Shown here piece by piece: positions 24,193 to 34,231 of a stretch of DNA of 48,585 bases; position 1 is the stretch's first letter; every line of letters starts with the position of its first letter. Position numbers and translations under genes: made by a program. The stretch spans positions 1 to 48,585 of the IMG/VR virus record IMGVR_UViG_3300023065_000152; one strand, given 5' to 3'. The notes beneath the pieces were generated by a model. That model was not told the origin of the DNA, searched no databases, and saw only the letters and a list, made by a program, of their open reading frames with translations. The DNA is from a virus (Duplodnaviria; Caudoviricetes).

Positions 24193-25664
24193 CAAGACGC
24201 AACCAAACAGCGCAAACCACTCGGCAGGGGCCAGCAAAAATCACGCAGATGCATCTTGATAATGCCTCTGTAGCAAATGATGAGAAGCCGTTCGCTGAAT
24301 TTAAACGATATGAACCACTGCCCGGGGTAATCCCTGAGGCGAAGAAAGAAGCCACTCTGGCGATGGATTCAACGCCGTATGATGTGCTTAACAGCATGTC
24401 TATCGGCACAGAGTATTCAGGCTTCCGTGGTTACCCGATTCTGGCCGCCATGTCTCAGCAGGTAGAGTATGCGAACATGCATACCGTCATGGCTGACGAG
24501 ATGACGCGCAACTGGATTGAGATTAAAAGCCGCAAAGACGGCGACCCTGACATCGACCTGATGGAGCAGGCGCTCGTTAAGTACGATGTGAAGCGCTTAA
24601 TTCATGAAGCTGTGAAGCAGGACTCCATGTTTGGCGTGGCGCACATCTACGTTGACACAGGAGCGAGCGATACAGAGCTTGAGAAACCGCTCTTCCTCGA
24701 CCCTCGAAAGATTCCAAAGGGTTCTCTGAAAGGCCTGCGTTGCGTAGACCCAACATGGATTTATCCGGCGATGTACAACACTCGCTGGCCTCTGTCCGAT
24801 AACTACTACAAGCCGCAGGCATGGTTTGTTATGGGGCAGACGGTTCATGAGTCACGCTTCATCGACATTATCAGCCGGCCAGTTCCAGACATCCTCAAGC
24901 CATCCTATTCGTTCGGAGGCCTGTCACTGACTCAGTTGATGGAGGATTACGTTACTGACTGGCGTGATGCCAAGAAGAACGTTATCAAGATTCTCCGCAC
25001 GCTGCGCATGAGAGCACTGAAGACCGACATGGATGCTCGCCTTGCTGAGCCTGGTCAGTTCGATAAACGCATTAAGCTATTCACTCAGTTGCAGGACAAC
25101 CAGGGAATTTGGGCAATCGATAATGATGAAGACCTGCTCCACATGCAGACTTCTCTCAGCGAACTGTCCAACCTGCTGTCCAACTATCAGGACCAGATGT
25201 GTATCCCGGCGCGCATCACTAACCTGAAGCTCCTTGGGAACGCTCCAGCCGGTTTAAACGCATCAGGTGACTCAGAGCTTGAGACGTGGCATGAAACCAT
25301 CTCAGGGATGCAGGAACGCGATATACGCCGCGCTCTTGAGAACATCTTCAAGATTATTCAGCTCTCTGAGTTTGGTGAAATCAAGGAGGACATCTATTTC
25401 GAGTTCCGTCCACTGGATGAACTGAGCGAGAAAGAGAAGGCTGAGATTGCCAAGATTAAGGTCGAGACAGTAACTACCGCTGCTGACTCGCAACTGGTTA
25501 ACTCCGAAGAGGCTCGCGATGCACTGAAATGCATTGAAGGTGCAGGCTTCGAAAATCTGGATGGTGATTATGAACCGGAAGAAGACGAAGAGTCTGAAGC
25601 CAGTGAACTACAACGCGGGGAACATCAGGTGGTACCAGAAAGAGCTGCTCAGAACGATTCGTGA
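24189..25664 (+). CDS. Portal protein (DUF1073-like)
   Basis: Position after terL; VHESR, IPARITNLKLLGNAPAGLNASGDS, FEFRPL. Confidence 0.85.
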   Translation: MTRRNQTAQTTRQGPAKITQMHLDNASVANDEKPFAEFKRYEPLPGVIPEAKKEATLAMDSTPYDVLNSMSIGTEYSGFRGYPILAAMSQQVEYANMHTVMADEMTRNWIEIKSRKDGDPDIDLMEQALVKYDVKRLIHEAVKQDSMFGVAHIYVDTGASDTELEKPLFLDPRKIPKGSLKGLRCVDPTWIYPAMYNTRWPLSDNYYKPQAWFVMGQTVHESRFIDIISRPVPDILKPSYSFGGLSLTQLMEDYVTDWRDAKKNVIKILRTLRMRALKTDMDARLAEPGQFDKRIKLFTQLQDNQGIWAIDNDEDLLHMQTSLSELSNLLSNYQDQMCIPARITNLKLLGNAPAGLNASGDSELETWHETISGMQERDIRRALENIFKIIQLSEFGEIKEDIYFEFRPLDELSEKEKAEIAKIKVETVTTAADSQLVNSEEARDALKCIEGAGFENLDGDYEPEEDEESEASELQRGEHQVVPERAAQNDS

Positions 25665-26373
25665 AATGAACGATGACGTTAAGGCAGAGATAGTCACCAT
25701 CATGCGGGATAACCCGCTAGCGATGGATATGGCTATGGATGCTAACCCGGTTGACCTGGTGAAGCGTGCCATATCCTCACTGGCTAAGAAGTGGATAGAC
25801 AACTTCATCAGGAAGGCGATTCCGGTTTCCGATGAGGTGGCAGGTAAGACGCTAAAGGCAGTCGACCGTGGCATTCTCGCATCCGCCCGCAAAGATTCAC
25901 TGGTTATCAACCTGCAATGGACTGACGCCATGCTGCAAAAGCGTGACGCCATCATTGCTGAAAACGTGTCTCTGATTCGCTCGATACCTGAGAAATACTT
26001 CACCGAAGTGGAGTCGATGGTATTCAGGTCTATCGCCAAAGGTGGGGATCGCAAACAACTGGCTGATGAGATTGAGCGTGAATTTGGCAAGCGTCATGGA
26101 ATCACCAGACGCCGCGCAGAGTTCATTGCTCGCGACCAGGTGCGCAAGGCTACCAGTGCGCTATCAAATGCACGACAGCAGGCCGCAGGCATTAAGAAAG
26201 GCATCTGGCTGCACAGTGGCGGCGGCAATCAGCCACGACACAAACATGTGCAGGCTAACGGCAAAGAGTTCTACCTCGACAAGGGATTGCCAATTGGCGA
26301 CAAAGGCCAGTATGTGCTGCCTGGTGAGGAGCCAAACTGCGGTTGCACGTGGAAGCCGGTGCTGCCATTCTGA
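25570..26373 (+). CDS. MuF (SPP1 gp7-like) head morphogenesis protein, short form
   Basis: RRAEFIARDQ...WLHS...RHKH...PGEEPNCGC; no C-terminal toxin extension. Confidence 0.88.
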   Translation: MNRKKTKSLKPVNYNAGNIRWYQKELLRTIREMNDDVKAEIVTIMRDNPLAMDMAMDANPVDLVKRAISSLAKKWIDNFIRKAIPVSDEVAGKTLKAVDRGILASARKDSLVINLQWTDAMLQKRDAIIAENVSLIRSIPEKYFTEVESMVFRSIAKGGDRKQLADEIEREFGKRHGITRRRAEFIARDQVRKATSALSNARQQAAGIKKGIWLHSGGGNQPRHKHVQANGKEFYLDKGLPIGDKGQYVLPGEEPNCGCTWKPVLPF

Positions 26374-26419
26374 TAGATAACCTTCTGGCTATTGTGGCGA
26401 GAGAAAATGGAAGTCTTCT

Positions 26420-26584
26420 ATGACCGATAAAACAGAGCGAGAACTGATATCTCTCCTTGATGAATTACTGGAGAAAGGCGACTTCTTTCATTCTGCCATT
26501 GAGCAAAACGATCTGATGTTTGATTTCGAAAAGTGGAAAGAAAGAGTGCTAGTTGCTTTGGAAGAAGCTAAATCTAGACGTTAA
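26420..26584 (+). CDS. Small moron-like ORF (54 aa; not in ORF track)
   Basis: Hand translation MTDKTERELISLLDELLEKGDFFHSAIEQNDLMFDFEKWKERVLVALEEAKSRR; AT-rich; followed by a terminator. Confidence 0.55.
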   Translation: MTDKTERELISLLDELLEKGDFFHSAIEQNDLMFDFEKWKERVLVALEEAKSRR

Positions 26585-26601
26585 AGAAACAAATTAAACA
26601 T

Positions 26602-26630
26602 AAGGCTGCCTTCTGGTGGCCTTTTTTATT
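26602..26630 (+). terminator. Rho-independent terminator within the head cluster
   Basis: AAGGCTGCC-TTCT-GGTGGCCTT plus T-run. Confidence 0.75.
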
Positions 26631-26650
26631 GCCTGAAGAAAGGTAATCCA

Positions 26651-28522
26651 ATGCCAGTACATCAAAAAGACGGCAAGTGGTATTTGGGTTCGAAAGGGCC
26701 ATTCGATACACAGGAAAAAGCCGAAGAAGTAGAGCGAGCGGCATACGCGAACGGCTATGCAGGAGATGAGGCTGAAATATATACGCTTGCAAATGATGCA
26801 GATGAGAAAGACAAGTGGATAACCATTAATGGAGCGCACGTAAAAGTAAATGGTAACGGCGAAGTAACAGCCGGTGCGGAAGGAAAAATTAAAAAGGTAT
26901 CACCAAGTAAAGTCTCCGGCAGTGCAAAGCTCTCACCAAACGAAAAGTCAGCAATTTCGAGTTACTCAGGCGACAACTTCCTCAAGCTTAATTCTGAATT
27001 AAGGAGCGGAAACACATCCGATCCTGACATCTCACGCATTGACTCAGCAGTTTCAAAGGGTCAACTCAGCGGAGAAACCCTATACCGAGGAATTAGTAGA
27101 GAGGATGCAAAAAAACTATTCCCCAATGGTGAGATCAAAAAGGGAATGGTCGTTTCCGATAAAGCATTCCTCTCCACCTCAAAGGAAAAGAAAATCGCCG
27201 GGATGTTCAGTATTGGCGGTGTAATGCTTGAGATTGACACCGAAGAAGGGGCTGCTGGTCTCGATGTCACTGGCATGTCCAGTAATAAGCATGAGAGTGA
27301 AACTCTTCTGCCAAGGGATGCAAAGCTAGAAGTTTCGAGCATCCACCCTCCAAAACAACCAGGGCAGCCAGTGGTTGTAAAAATGAAATATTCAAAACAA
27401 GAGCCAGATATGGCAAGGGACTCTGCATTCGCATTCGACAGGGCAAGCGTGCGCACCTATGACGCGGACGGAAAGCTTCACGTAGAGCTAACCCCAATCA
27501 GCAAGGCTAACATCTGCGTCTACTACGGGCGCGAGATTCCAGGCTGCGATGACTTGGGACTCATTCCTGACAAAGCATATCGCCTGCTGCGTGACCCTGA
27601 AGAGCTGCGCAAGGCCGCAGACACATTCAACAACCAACCGCTGCTGAACACGCACATCGCCGTGTCAGTGCTTGACCCACCGAAAGAGGCAATCATCGGC
27701 TCAACCGGTGAAAGCGCGGAATTCGACGGCACCTACCTGAAAAACTCTCTCGTCATCTGGGATGTGAATTCCATCATCGGCGTGGAGAACAAGCAGCAGC
27801 GAGAAATTTCATCCTCATACCGCTACCGGCTAGATATGACCCCCGGCGAGTACGAGGGAGAGGCATACGATGGCGTCATGCGTGACATCGTTTGTAACCA
27901 CGTGGCAATCGTGCCATCGGGTCGTGCAGGCCCGGATGTATTTGTTTACGACTCACAACCGACAGGACTCAAACTGATGTCAAAAATCAAATCACTCATG
28001 ACTCTCATCCGGCCATATCTGGCTAACGATGAGAAGTCCGAAGAGGTAGAAAAGAAAGTCGAAGCCATCATCAAAGATGAAGACGAAGACAAGAAGAAAG
28101 CAGAAGACGAAATGTCCGAGGAAGAGAAGAAAAAACTCGCCGAGGACGAAGAGTCGGAGAAAGACAAAAAGGCTGAAGACGAAGCCGAAGAAGAGAAAAA
28201 AGAGAAAGAAAAAATGGCAAACGACAGCAAGTTAGCGATGGACGCAGCGGTTAAAGCCGTTGAGCAGCGCTTCATCGACCTGCGCAAAGCTGAGCGTGAT
28301 GTGCGCCCGGTAGTTGGAGAGCTGGCCTGTGATAGCGCAGAGGAAGTGTATCGCACCGCCCTGAAACAACTTGGCTGTGATGAGCACGCTTCAATCCCTG
28401 CCGCTGCACTGAGCTCTGTATTCAAAGCCTATGCACGCCAGCCGTCATCCATGGCTCAGGACTCCGCAGTTATCACCACGTCTTCTCGCGAAAACGTTAA
28501 AAACTTCTTTGAGGGCAAATAA
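26651..28522 (+). CDS. ADP-ribosyltransferase - DUF2213-type prohead protease - scaffold fusion protein
   Basis: ART motifs LYRG, FLSTS and HESETLLPR at about 26930-27390; protease ISKAN...YYGREI...EISSSY...[12 protein letters not shown]; acidic/Lys-rich scaffold tail. Confidence 0.85.
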   Translation: MPVHQKDGKWYLGSKGPFDTQEKAEEVERAAYANGYAGDEAEIYTLANDADEKDKWITINGAHVKVNGNGEVTAGAEGKIKKVSPSKVSGSAKLSPNEKSAISSYSGDNFLKLNSELRSGNTSDPDISRIDSAVSKGQLSGETLYRGISREDAKKLFPNGEIKKGMVVSDKAFLSTSKEKKIAGMFSIGGVMLEIDTEEGAAGLDVTGMSSNKHESETLLPRDAKLEVSSIHPPKQPGQPVVVKMKYSKQEPDMARDSAFAFDRASVRTYDADGKLHVELTPISKANICVYYGREIPGCDDLGLIPDKAYRLLRDPEELRKAADTFNNQPLLNTHIAVSVLDPPKEAIIGSTGESAEFDGTYLKNSLVIWDVNSIIGVENKQQREISSSYRYRLDMTPGEYEGEAYDGVMRDIVCNHVAIVPSGRAGPDVFVYDSQPTGLKLMSKIKSLMTLIRPYLANDEKSEEVEKKVEAIIKDEDEDKKKAEDEMSEEEKKKLAEDEESEKDKKAEDEAEEEKKEKEKMANDSKLAMDAAVKAVEQRFIDLRKAERDVRPVVGELACDSAEEVYRTALKQLGCDEHASIPAAALSSVFKAYARQPSSMAQDSAVITTSSRENVKNFFEGK

Positions 28523-28524
28523 CA

Positions 28525-29013
28525 ATGGCTTTCCAGACAAGTGTATCTGTTTACTCTGGCGTTGGTCAGGCTGGTCAGCCTGCTTCTAACAGCCCAATCA
28601 TTGCTGCTGCAGGCGGCCCAGGTGCATATCAGGCTGGCTCAAGCGGTCTGGTAATGGCCCGTTTCGCCTGGCGTGACGGCACTAACCCACTCCTGCTGAA
28701 CAACACCGGCACCGGCAAGCCTGTTGGCTTCGTCTACAACAACGCAAACGCCACGATCGGCTATCTGCAGAACTCCAGCATGACTATTCCTGCTGGCCGC
28801 GAAGCATCTCCGGTGGTTGGTGGTGACTTCTGGGCTCTGTCTGCAACTGACGCGACTGTAGGCCAGAAAGTATTTGCGGTACTGGCTGACGGCACACTTA
28901 AGACCGGCGCAGCTGGCGCAACCATCTCCGGTGCTGTTGAAACCGACTGGTACGTGGCTAGCCCTGCAACAACCGGCAATCTGTTAATCATCTCTACCTG
29001 GAGCAAAGCATAA
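28525..29013 (+). CDS. Head decoration / minor capsid protein
   Basis: Gly/Ala/Thr-rich 162 aa between protease and capsid; GDFW motif. Confidence 0.7.
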   Translation: MAFQTSVSVYSGVGQAGQPASNSPIIAAAGGPGAYQAGSSGLVMARFAWRDGTNPLLLNNTGTGKPVGFVYNNANATIGYLQNSSMTIPAGREASPVVGGDFWALSATDATVGQKVFAVLADGTLKTGAAGATISGAVETDWYVASPATTGNLLIISTWSKA

Positions 29014-30038
29014 TGCCTCAACTGACTCAGGCTGATTTCGCTGCCTTTAAAGCGGAAGCCGAATCTCGCGGCATTTACCTGCCTGCATCGGTAACTAAGT
29101 TTGCAATGGATGCCGACCCTCAGCCGGGTCTTGGCGCAAACGGCGGTATTCCTGCTGTAGTATCAACCTTCATCGACCCTGAAATCGTGCGCACTATCTT
29201 CGCTAAGCAGAAAGCGACAGAGATTCTGGGCGAGAAGAAAAAAGGCTCATGGGCTCAAGACACCATGATGATCCAGCGCGTTGAGCAATCCGGTGACGTT
29301 GTGGCGTATGACGACTACAGCGAGCAGGGTGCTAACCAGGTAACTTCCCGTTGGGAAAACCGTCAGGTGTTCCGCTACCAGACCATGGTTACCTATGGTG
29401 AGCTGGAGCAGGAACGTTATGGCCTGGCTATGCTGCCATACGTCGCAGAGAAGCAACGTGCTGCAGCGTGGACTCTGAACCAGGCGCAGAACAAATTCTA
29501 CTTCTACGGCGTATCTGGCCTGCTGAACTACGGCATCCTGAACGACCCATCACTGCCGACTCCGATCACCCCAGCAACTGTAGGAGGCGCGACCCTGTGG
29601 AAAGACAAGCAGGTTATCGACATCTACAACGATATCCTGGCGCTGTATGCAGACCTGATTGCTCGTACCAACGGCGCAGTAGGTGATGGTGTTGATATGG
29701 CCTCTCCTCTGGTGCTGGCAATGTCTCCAGCCGCATCTGTTTGGTTCAAAAAATCAAACGAAATCTTCGGTAACTCTGTCGAGAAGATGGTTAAAGACAC
29801 CTTCACGAACATTCGTATCGAAGTGGCTCCTCAGTACAGCACTGCGGCCGGTGAACTGGTGCAGATGTTCGTTGAGACCGCTCAGGGTCAGGATGCGGGT
29901 TACTGCGCATACAGCGAAAAACTGCGTGCTCATCCTGTCATCACCATGACCTCCAGCTGGAAGCAGAAACACTCCGGCACCACCTACGGCGCGGTTATTA
30001 CTCAGCCTTTCTTGTTTGCACAGATGCTGGGCGTTTAA
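29013..30038 (+). CDS. Major capsid protein (DUF2184/linocin-like HK97 fold)
   Basis: 341 aa; YFYG...YGILNDPSL; position in head cluster. Confidence 0.88.
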   Translation: MPQLTQADFAAFKAEAESRGIYLPASVTKFAMDADPQPGLGANGGIPAVVSTFIDPEIVRTIFAKQKATEILGEKKKGSWAQDTMMIQRVEQSGDVVAYDDYSEQGANQVTSRWENRQVFRYQTMVTYGELEQERYGLAMLPYVAEKQRAAAWTLNQAQNKFYFYGVSGLLNYGILNDPSLPTPITPATVGGATLWKDKQVIDIYNDILALYADLIARTNGAVGDGVDMASPLVLAMSPAASVWFKKSNEIFGNSVEKMVKDTFTNIRIEVAPQYSTAAGELVQMFVETAQGQDAGYCAYSEKLRAHPVITMTSSWKQKHSGTTYGAVITQPFLFAQMLGV

Positions 30039-30089
30039 TTCATCGGGCTCTAAATTGAGCCCGTAACAATATTCTTTGGAGAATTTAGA

Positions 30090-30530
30090 ATGGCTGATGA
30101 AAAAGAGATCGTCGAGCAGCAGGAAGAAGTAGTTACACAGCAGGAAAACTCCGCAGAACCGGAAGGTAAAGCCGGGAATAAGAAAGGTGCCAAGGCCGCC
30201 AAGGTTGGAAAGACCGATTCATATGTGATCGGCTGCAAGCTTCCTTGTGGTTTGAAAATCGGTCATGGCTCAAATGCTGTCACCCTGAAAGGCGCAAACG
30301 ACTCCATGCTCATCAATGGCTTTGGTATTACACAAAATGTTCCCGCTGATGTGTGGGAAGAATTTGAGAAGAACCACAAGTCATCTCCTATGTTCCTGAA
30401 TGGAATCATCTTCGCTGTAACTGATATGAAATCAGTAGAAGACGCCTCTCTGGAGCGCTCACGACAGAAGACGGGCCTTGAGCAGGTTAATGCCAAAGAC
30501 GCAGGCGTAGAGGAAGACAAAGAGGAATAA
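30090..30530 (+). CDS. Virion-associated hypothetical protein
   Basis: VIGCKLPCGL...FGITQNVPAD; follows the capsid gene. Confidence 0.65.
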   Translation: MADEKEIVEQQEEVVTQQENSAEPEGKAGNKKGAKAAKVGKTDSYVIGCKLPCGLKIGHGSNAVTLKGANDSMLINGFGITQNVPADVWEEFEKNHKSSPMFLNGIIFAVTDMKSVEDASLERSRQKTGLEQVNAKDAGVEEDKEE

Positions 30531-30533
30531 ACC

Positions 30534-30938
30534 ATGGCTGTCGTGACTCTGGATATCGCCAGTTTCCGCGCCATGTACCCTGAATTCTCCAACGTTCCAG
30601 GTGCAATCCTTCCATTCCTGTTTGACCAGTCCACTGACTATCTGAATAACACCGATTACTCACTCGTCGATGACGTCGTGAAGCGAGAGCGTTTGCTCTA
30701 CATGCTCATGGCGCATCTGGCGTATGTGCGTTACGGCGACAATCGAGGTCGTGGTGGTTCAGGAATGGTTGGGCGCATTGCATCGGCTACCGAGGGCAGT
30801 GTGTCAGTTTCATCTGACCTCGGCCCTATTGAGTTCAGGTATGCGTGGTATACGCAGAGCCCATACGGATTGGACTTCTGGCAGGCGACGAAAGTCTACC
30901 GGATGGCTAATTACTATCCTGGAGATAACTATGTCTGA
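30534..30938 (+). CDS. Head-tail adaptor (DUF4054-like)
   Basis: FRAMYPEF...AHL...EGSVSVS...QSPYGLDFW. Confidence 0.8.
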   Translation: MAVVTLDIASFRAMYPEFSNVPGAILPFLFDQSTDYLNNTDYSLVDDVVKRERLLYMLMAHLAYVRYGDNRGRGGSGMVGRIASATEGSVSVSSDLGPIEFRYAWYTQSPYGLDFWQATKVYRMANYYPGDNYV

Positions 30939-31377
30939 CGGCCTCGATAAGTACCTGGAAGGAATGGCTGAGCGACTCAATGCCACTGAGGTAAGGGCCG
31001 GATTTCTCGGCGGATCAACATACCCAGACGGAACAAGCGTCGCGATGATTGCCACTCGTAACGAGTACGGTGACCCGGCAAACAATCAGCCTCCACGTCC
31101 ATTCTTCCGCAACGCAATCGCAGAAAAAAAGGAAGAGTGGAAGAAGACGATTGAGCGCGGACTTGCGTCAGGTCTTGATTCCAGAACGGTGCTTGAGGTC
31201 GTCGGCGCTCAGATTAAGGGTGATATTCAGGAGTCGATTGCCACGCTCATTGAGCCTGCTTTATCTCCAGTCACGCTTGAGCGACGCAGAAACAGGAAAG
31301 TAATGCCTAACCAGTCAGATAAGCCTCTCGTCGACACCAGGGTGATGATTGGCGATGTTAACTACGAGGTTACCTGA
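30931..31377 (+). CDS. Neck / tail-completion protein
   Basis: NEYG...PPRPFFR...KPLVDT; GGAG RBS. Confidence 0.7.
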   Translation: MSDGLDKYLEGMAERLNATEVRAGFLGGSTYPDGTSVAMIATRNEYGDPANNQPPRPFFRNAIAEKKEEWKKTIERGLASGLDSRTVLEVVGAQIKGDIQESIATLIEPALSPVTLERRRNRKVMPNQSDKPLVDTRVMIGDVNYEVT

Positions 31378-31745
31378 TGAACCTGCATCAAATTGTTCGC
31401 GGGGCGATCACAACGGTTAACCCTGACGTTCCCGGCGTGCTGAAAGTGAACAGCGGATTCACAACTGCACCGGGAGGTAAGCGTGTGCAGTCATACACCG
31501 ATGTTGATGTGATTGTGCAAATGCAGTCTCTGTCATCCACCGACCTTAAACAGGTTGATGCGATTAACGTTCAGGGGATTCTGCAAAGCGCCTATCTGAA
31601 TGGAAATTTCAACGGCATTAACCGCCCAGAACAACAGGGTGGGGACATGCTGATTGTGGATGGCAAGACATGGCTGGTTGTGAAAGTGGCAGAGCTTTAT
31701 CCGGACTGGTGTCACCTGATTGTTAACCTGCAGAGGTCGCCATGA
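31377..31745 (+). CDS. Head-closure protein
   Basis: Size and position; W-x-V-x-K...W C-terminus. Confidence 0.6.
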   Translation: MNLHQIVRGAITTVNPDVPGVLKVNSGFTTAPGGKRVQSYTDVDVIVQMQSLSSTDLKQVDAINVQGILQSAYLNGNFNGINRPEQQGGDMLIVDGKTWLVVKVAELYPDWCHLIVNLQRSP

Positions 31746-32290
31746 CAGTCACAGTAGACATCACCGAGCTTGACCTGCGCATTGCGCTGCAGGCGTTTCT
31801 GATGGATATCACCGGCCTCACCATCGACAACGTGCTGGTAGGTCAGCAGAACCTCACGCCAATGCCGCTTCATGACTTCATCATCATGACACCGCTGAAG
31901 CAGATAGGGCTGTCTACCAACCGCGTCAAATACGACGATAACGGTGTGTATGGCGAAGGAAAGCAGCTCAACCAGCGCAGCACGCAATGGCCCTGTCAGA
32001 TTGACTGTTACGGCGAAAACGCGGCTGATAACGCTGCAATCATCGGCACGCTAATCCGCTCAGACTTTGCCTGTGAATGGTTCAGACAAAACGGCAATGT
32101 CATCACTCCTCTTTACTGCTCAGACCCTCATCAGACAACGATGATAAACGGCGAGCAACAATACGAAGGCCGCTGGACGATGGAATTCATCGGGCAATTC
32201 AACCCGTCTGTTACCACACGCCAGGACTTCATGGACAGCATTACAGTCGGCGTTATTGCCGCAGATTTAAAATACCCTCCGGAGAGTTAA
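31742..32290 (+). CDS. Tail terminator / neck protein
   Basis: QIDCYG motif; directly before the sheath gene. Confidence 0.65.
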   Translation: MTVTVDITELDLRIALQAFLMDITGLTIDNVLVGQQNLTPMPLHDFIIMTPLKQIGLSTNRVKYDDNGVYGEGKQLNQRSTQWPCQIDCYGENAADNAAIIGTLIRSDFACEWFRQNGNVITPLYCSDPHQTTMINGEQQYEGRWTMEFIGQFNPSVTTRQDFMDSITVGVIAADLKYPPES

Positions 32291-32293
32291 TAA

Positions 32294-33772
32294 ATGGCAA
32301 TCCCATTAAGAAAGGACGTCCAGATTAACCCTGGCGTTTTGCCTGCTGGCGGTTCAGCGCTTGACTTGAATGGCCTAATCCTTACCGACAGCGCTTATGC
32401 TCCGGTGGGGAGTGTTATCACATTCACGAACAAAGAAGACGTAGCAGCCTATTTCGGTAGTGCATCGCCTGAATTCAGCATGGCTGAAGTGTATTTTCAG
32501 GGCTACGACAATTCCACCAAGACACCAGGCGCATTGCTGTTTGCACGGTTCAACCCGGAAGCAGCTGCAGCATGGTTGCGATCAGGTTCAATGGCGGCTG
32601 TAACGTTAGACCAACTCAAATTGCTGAGTGGTGTACTGACCCTGACCGTTGACGGTACTGCGCACACCTCAGCCAGTATCGACCTGAGCACGGCAACCAG
32701 CTTTGCCATGGCTGCTGACCTGATCGAAACAGGTATCGGCTCCAGTGTTACGGTAGAGTACGACACTACTCAGAAGCGTTTCATCATCACCAGCGCGACC
32801 GATGGCGCGGCGAGCACTATTACCTACGCAACCGGTACTCTTTCTGCTGGGCTGAAACTGACGGCCGCTACCGGCGCTCAGTTGTCACAGGGCGCAGATG
32901 CAGCAGTAGTCACTACGGCTATGCAGTCAGTGCTTGATAGCTCTCAGAACTGGGCAATCTTCACTACATCCTTCACACCGACCGAGCAAGAGGCGCTGGA
33001 CTTCTCTGCCTGGGCTAACGGTCAGAATTACCGGTTCGGCTATGTGCCATTCACGCTGGAAGAGTCAGCGCTGGTATCTGGCTCAACAGATACGCTGGCT
33101 TACAAAATCATCAGCACTTACGACTATTCGAATGTAATCCCAGTATTCGGTGACCAGGCGCACGCGGCAAGCATCCTTGGATATGCTGCATCACTTGACT
33201 TCGACAGGTTAGAAGGTCGCGTAACCCTTAAATATCGTGAACTATCTGGGCTGTTAACAGAAGTAAGTACCTCAGCAAATTACGATGCACTTATTGCGAA
33301 TGGATACAACTTCTACGGACAGTATTCAGAAAACAAAGTTGAAGAGAATTACTGGGCTGACGGGACGATCACTGGTGATTTCAAATGGGTAGATTCCTTC
33401 TGCTTCCAGATTTGGCTAAATGCAAACCTGATGGGCGACGCCATTCAGCTATTTAAATCAAACCGGACACTCCCCTATAACACCCGAGGAGATGCGGCCA
33501 TTGAGGCCTCGTTTGCAGACACCATCAATCAGGGTATTGCGTTTGGTGGTATTCGTACCGGAATTGACCTTTCCAGCTCTCAGGCATCAGAAATTAATAA
33601 CGCTGTTGGGGCCGATGTAATTCCATCTATCACAGCAAAAGGCTGGTATCTGTACATTCCTAAGGCAACGGCAGAGCAGCGCGCTCAGCGCATTCGCCCG
33701 GGGTGCTCGCTTTATTACACCGATGGTGGAAGCGTACAGAAACTCACTTTAGCCTCAGTAATGGTTCAGTAA
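32294..33772 (+). CDS. Contractile tail sheath protein (DUF3383-like)
   Basis: 492 aa; YFG-x-S-x-E...YF, NGYNFYG, YYTDGGSVQ. Confidence 0.88.
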   Translation: MAIPLRKDVQINPGVLPAGGSALDLNGLILTDSAYAPVGSVITFTNKEDVAAYFGSASPEFSMAEVYFQGYDNSTKTPGALLFARFNPEAAAAWLRSGSMAAVTLDQLKLLSGVLTLTVDGTAHTSASIDLSTATSFAMAADLIETGIGSSVTVEYDTTQKRFIITSATDGAASTITYATGTLSAGLKLTAATGAQLSQGADAAVVTTAMQSVLDSSQNWAIFTTSFTPTEQEALDFSAWANGQNYRFGYVPFTLEESALVSGSTDTLAYKIISTYDYSNVIPVFGDQAHAASILGYAASLDFDRLEGRVTLKYRELSGLLTEVSTSANYDALIANGYNFYGQYSENKVEENYWADGTITGDFKWVDSFCFQIWLNANLMGDAIQLFKSNRTLPYNTRGDAAIEASFADTINQGIAFGGIRTGIDLSSSQASEINNAVGADVIPSITAKGWYLYIPKATAEQRAQRIRPGCSLYYTDGGSVQKLTLASVMVQ

Positions 33773-33782
33773 GGAGCAATCA

Positions 33783-34223
33783 ATGTCTAACACAATTACG
33801 AGTGCAGACTCTATTTTTGCCCTCACTGTTACCAACCTGTTCCCCAGCGCTCAAACGCTGGAAGGATACGCAGCGGACGCGATGTTTGCTCTGGGTGATA
33901 CAGAAATGGCGGTTTCCGTCCGTGGCGCTGACGGTAAGCTCTCTGGCGGCTTCGTTTTCGGTGAATATCTGCAGACGATCACAATCATGCCTGACAGCCC
34001 ATCTCGTGACCTGTTCGAGACCTGGCAACTGACGTCTCTGACCTCAAAGGCAGTATTCCGCTGCAACGCAACAATCATCCTCCCGGCGATTAGTCGCAAG
34101 TTCACGCTGACCAACGGCATTCTGCAACGCGTAAAAGCCATCCCTGATGCGCAGCGAGTACTGCAGGCAATGACCTTCCAGATTAACTGGGAATCAGTCG
34201 TGGGCGAAGCGTACAACGCATAA
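33783..34223 (+). CDS. Tail tube protein
   Basis: 146 aa after the sheath; GADGKLSGG. Confidence 0.78.
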   Translation: MSNTITSADSIFALTVTNLFPSAQTLEGYAADAMFALGDTEMAVSVRGADGKLSGGFVFGEYLQTITIMPDSPSRDLFETWQLTSLTSKAVFRCNATIILPAISRKFTLTNGILQRVKAIPDAQRVLQAMTFQINWESVVGEAYNA

Positions 34224-34231
34224 GGACTAAC

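Noticed and set aside
24189-25664. DUF1073 protein as an anti-CBASS Acb1 nuclease (a label sometimes attached to this family)
   Set aside because: Size, motifs and position between terL and MuF indicate a portal, and I see no paired HxT/S 2H-phosphoesterase motifs.
25570-26373. MuF polymorphic toxin
   Set aside because: MuF ends right after its NCGC motif; the toxin-like domain is on the downstream protease gene instead.
28070-28215. Low-complexity GAA-rich repeats as a separate element
   Set aside because: They encode the acidic/Lys scaffold tail (KAEDE repeats) of the protease.
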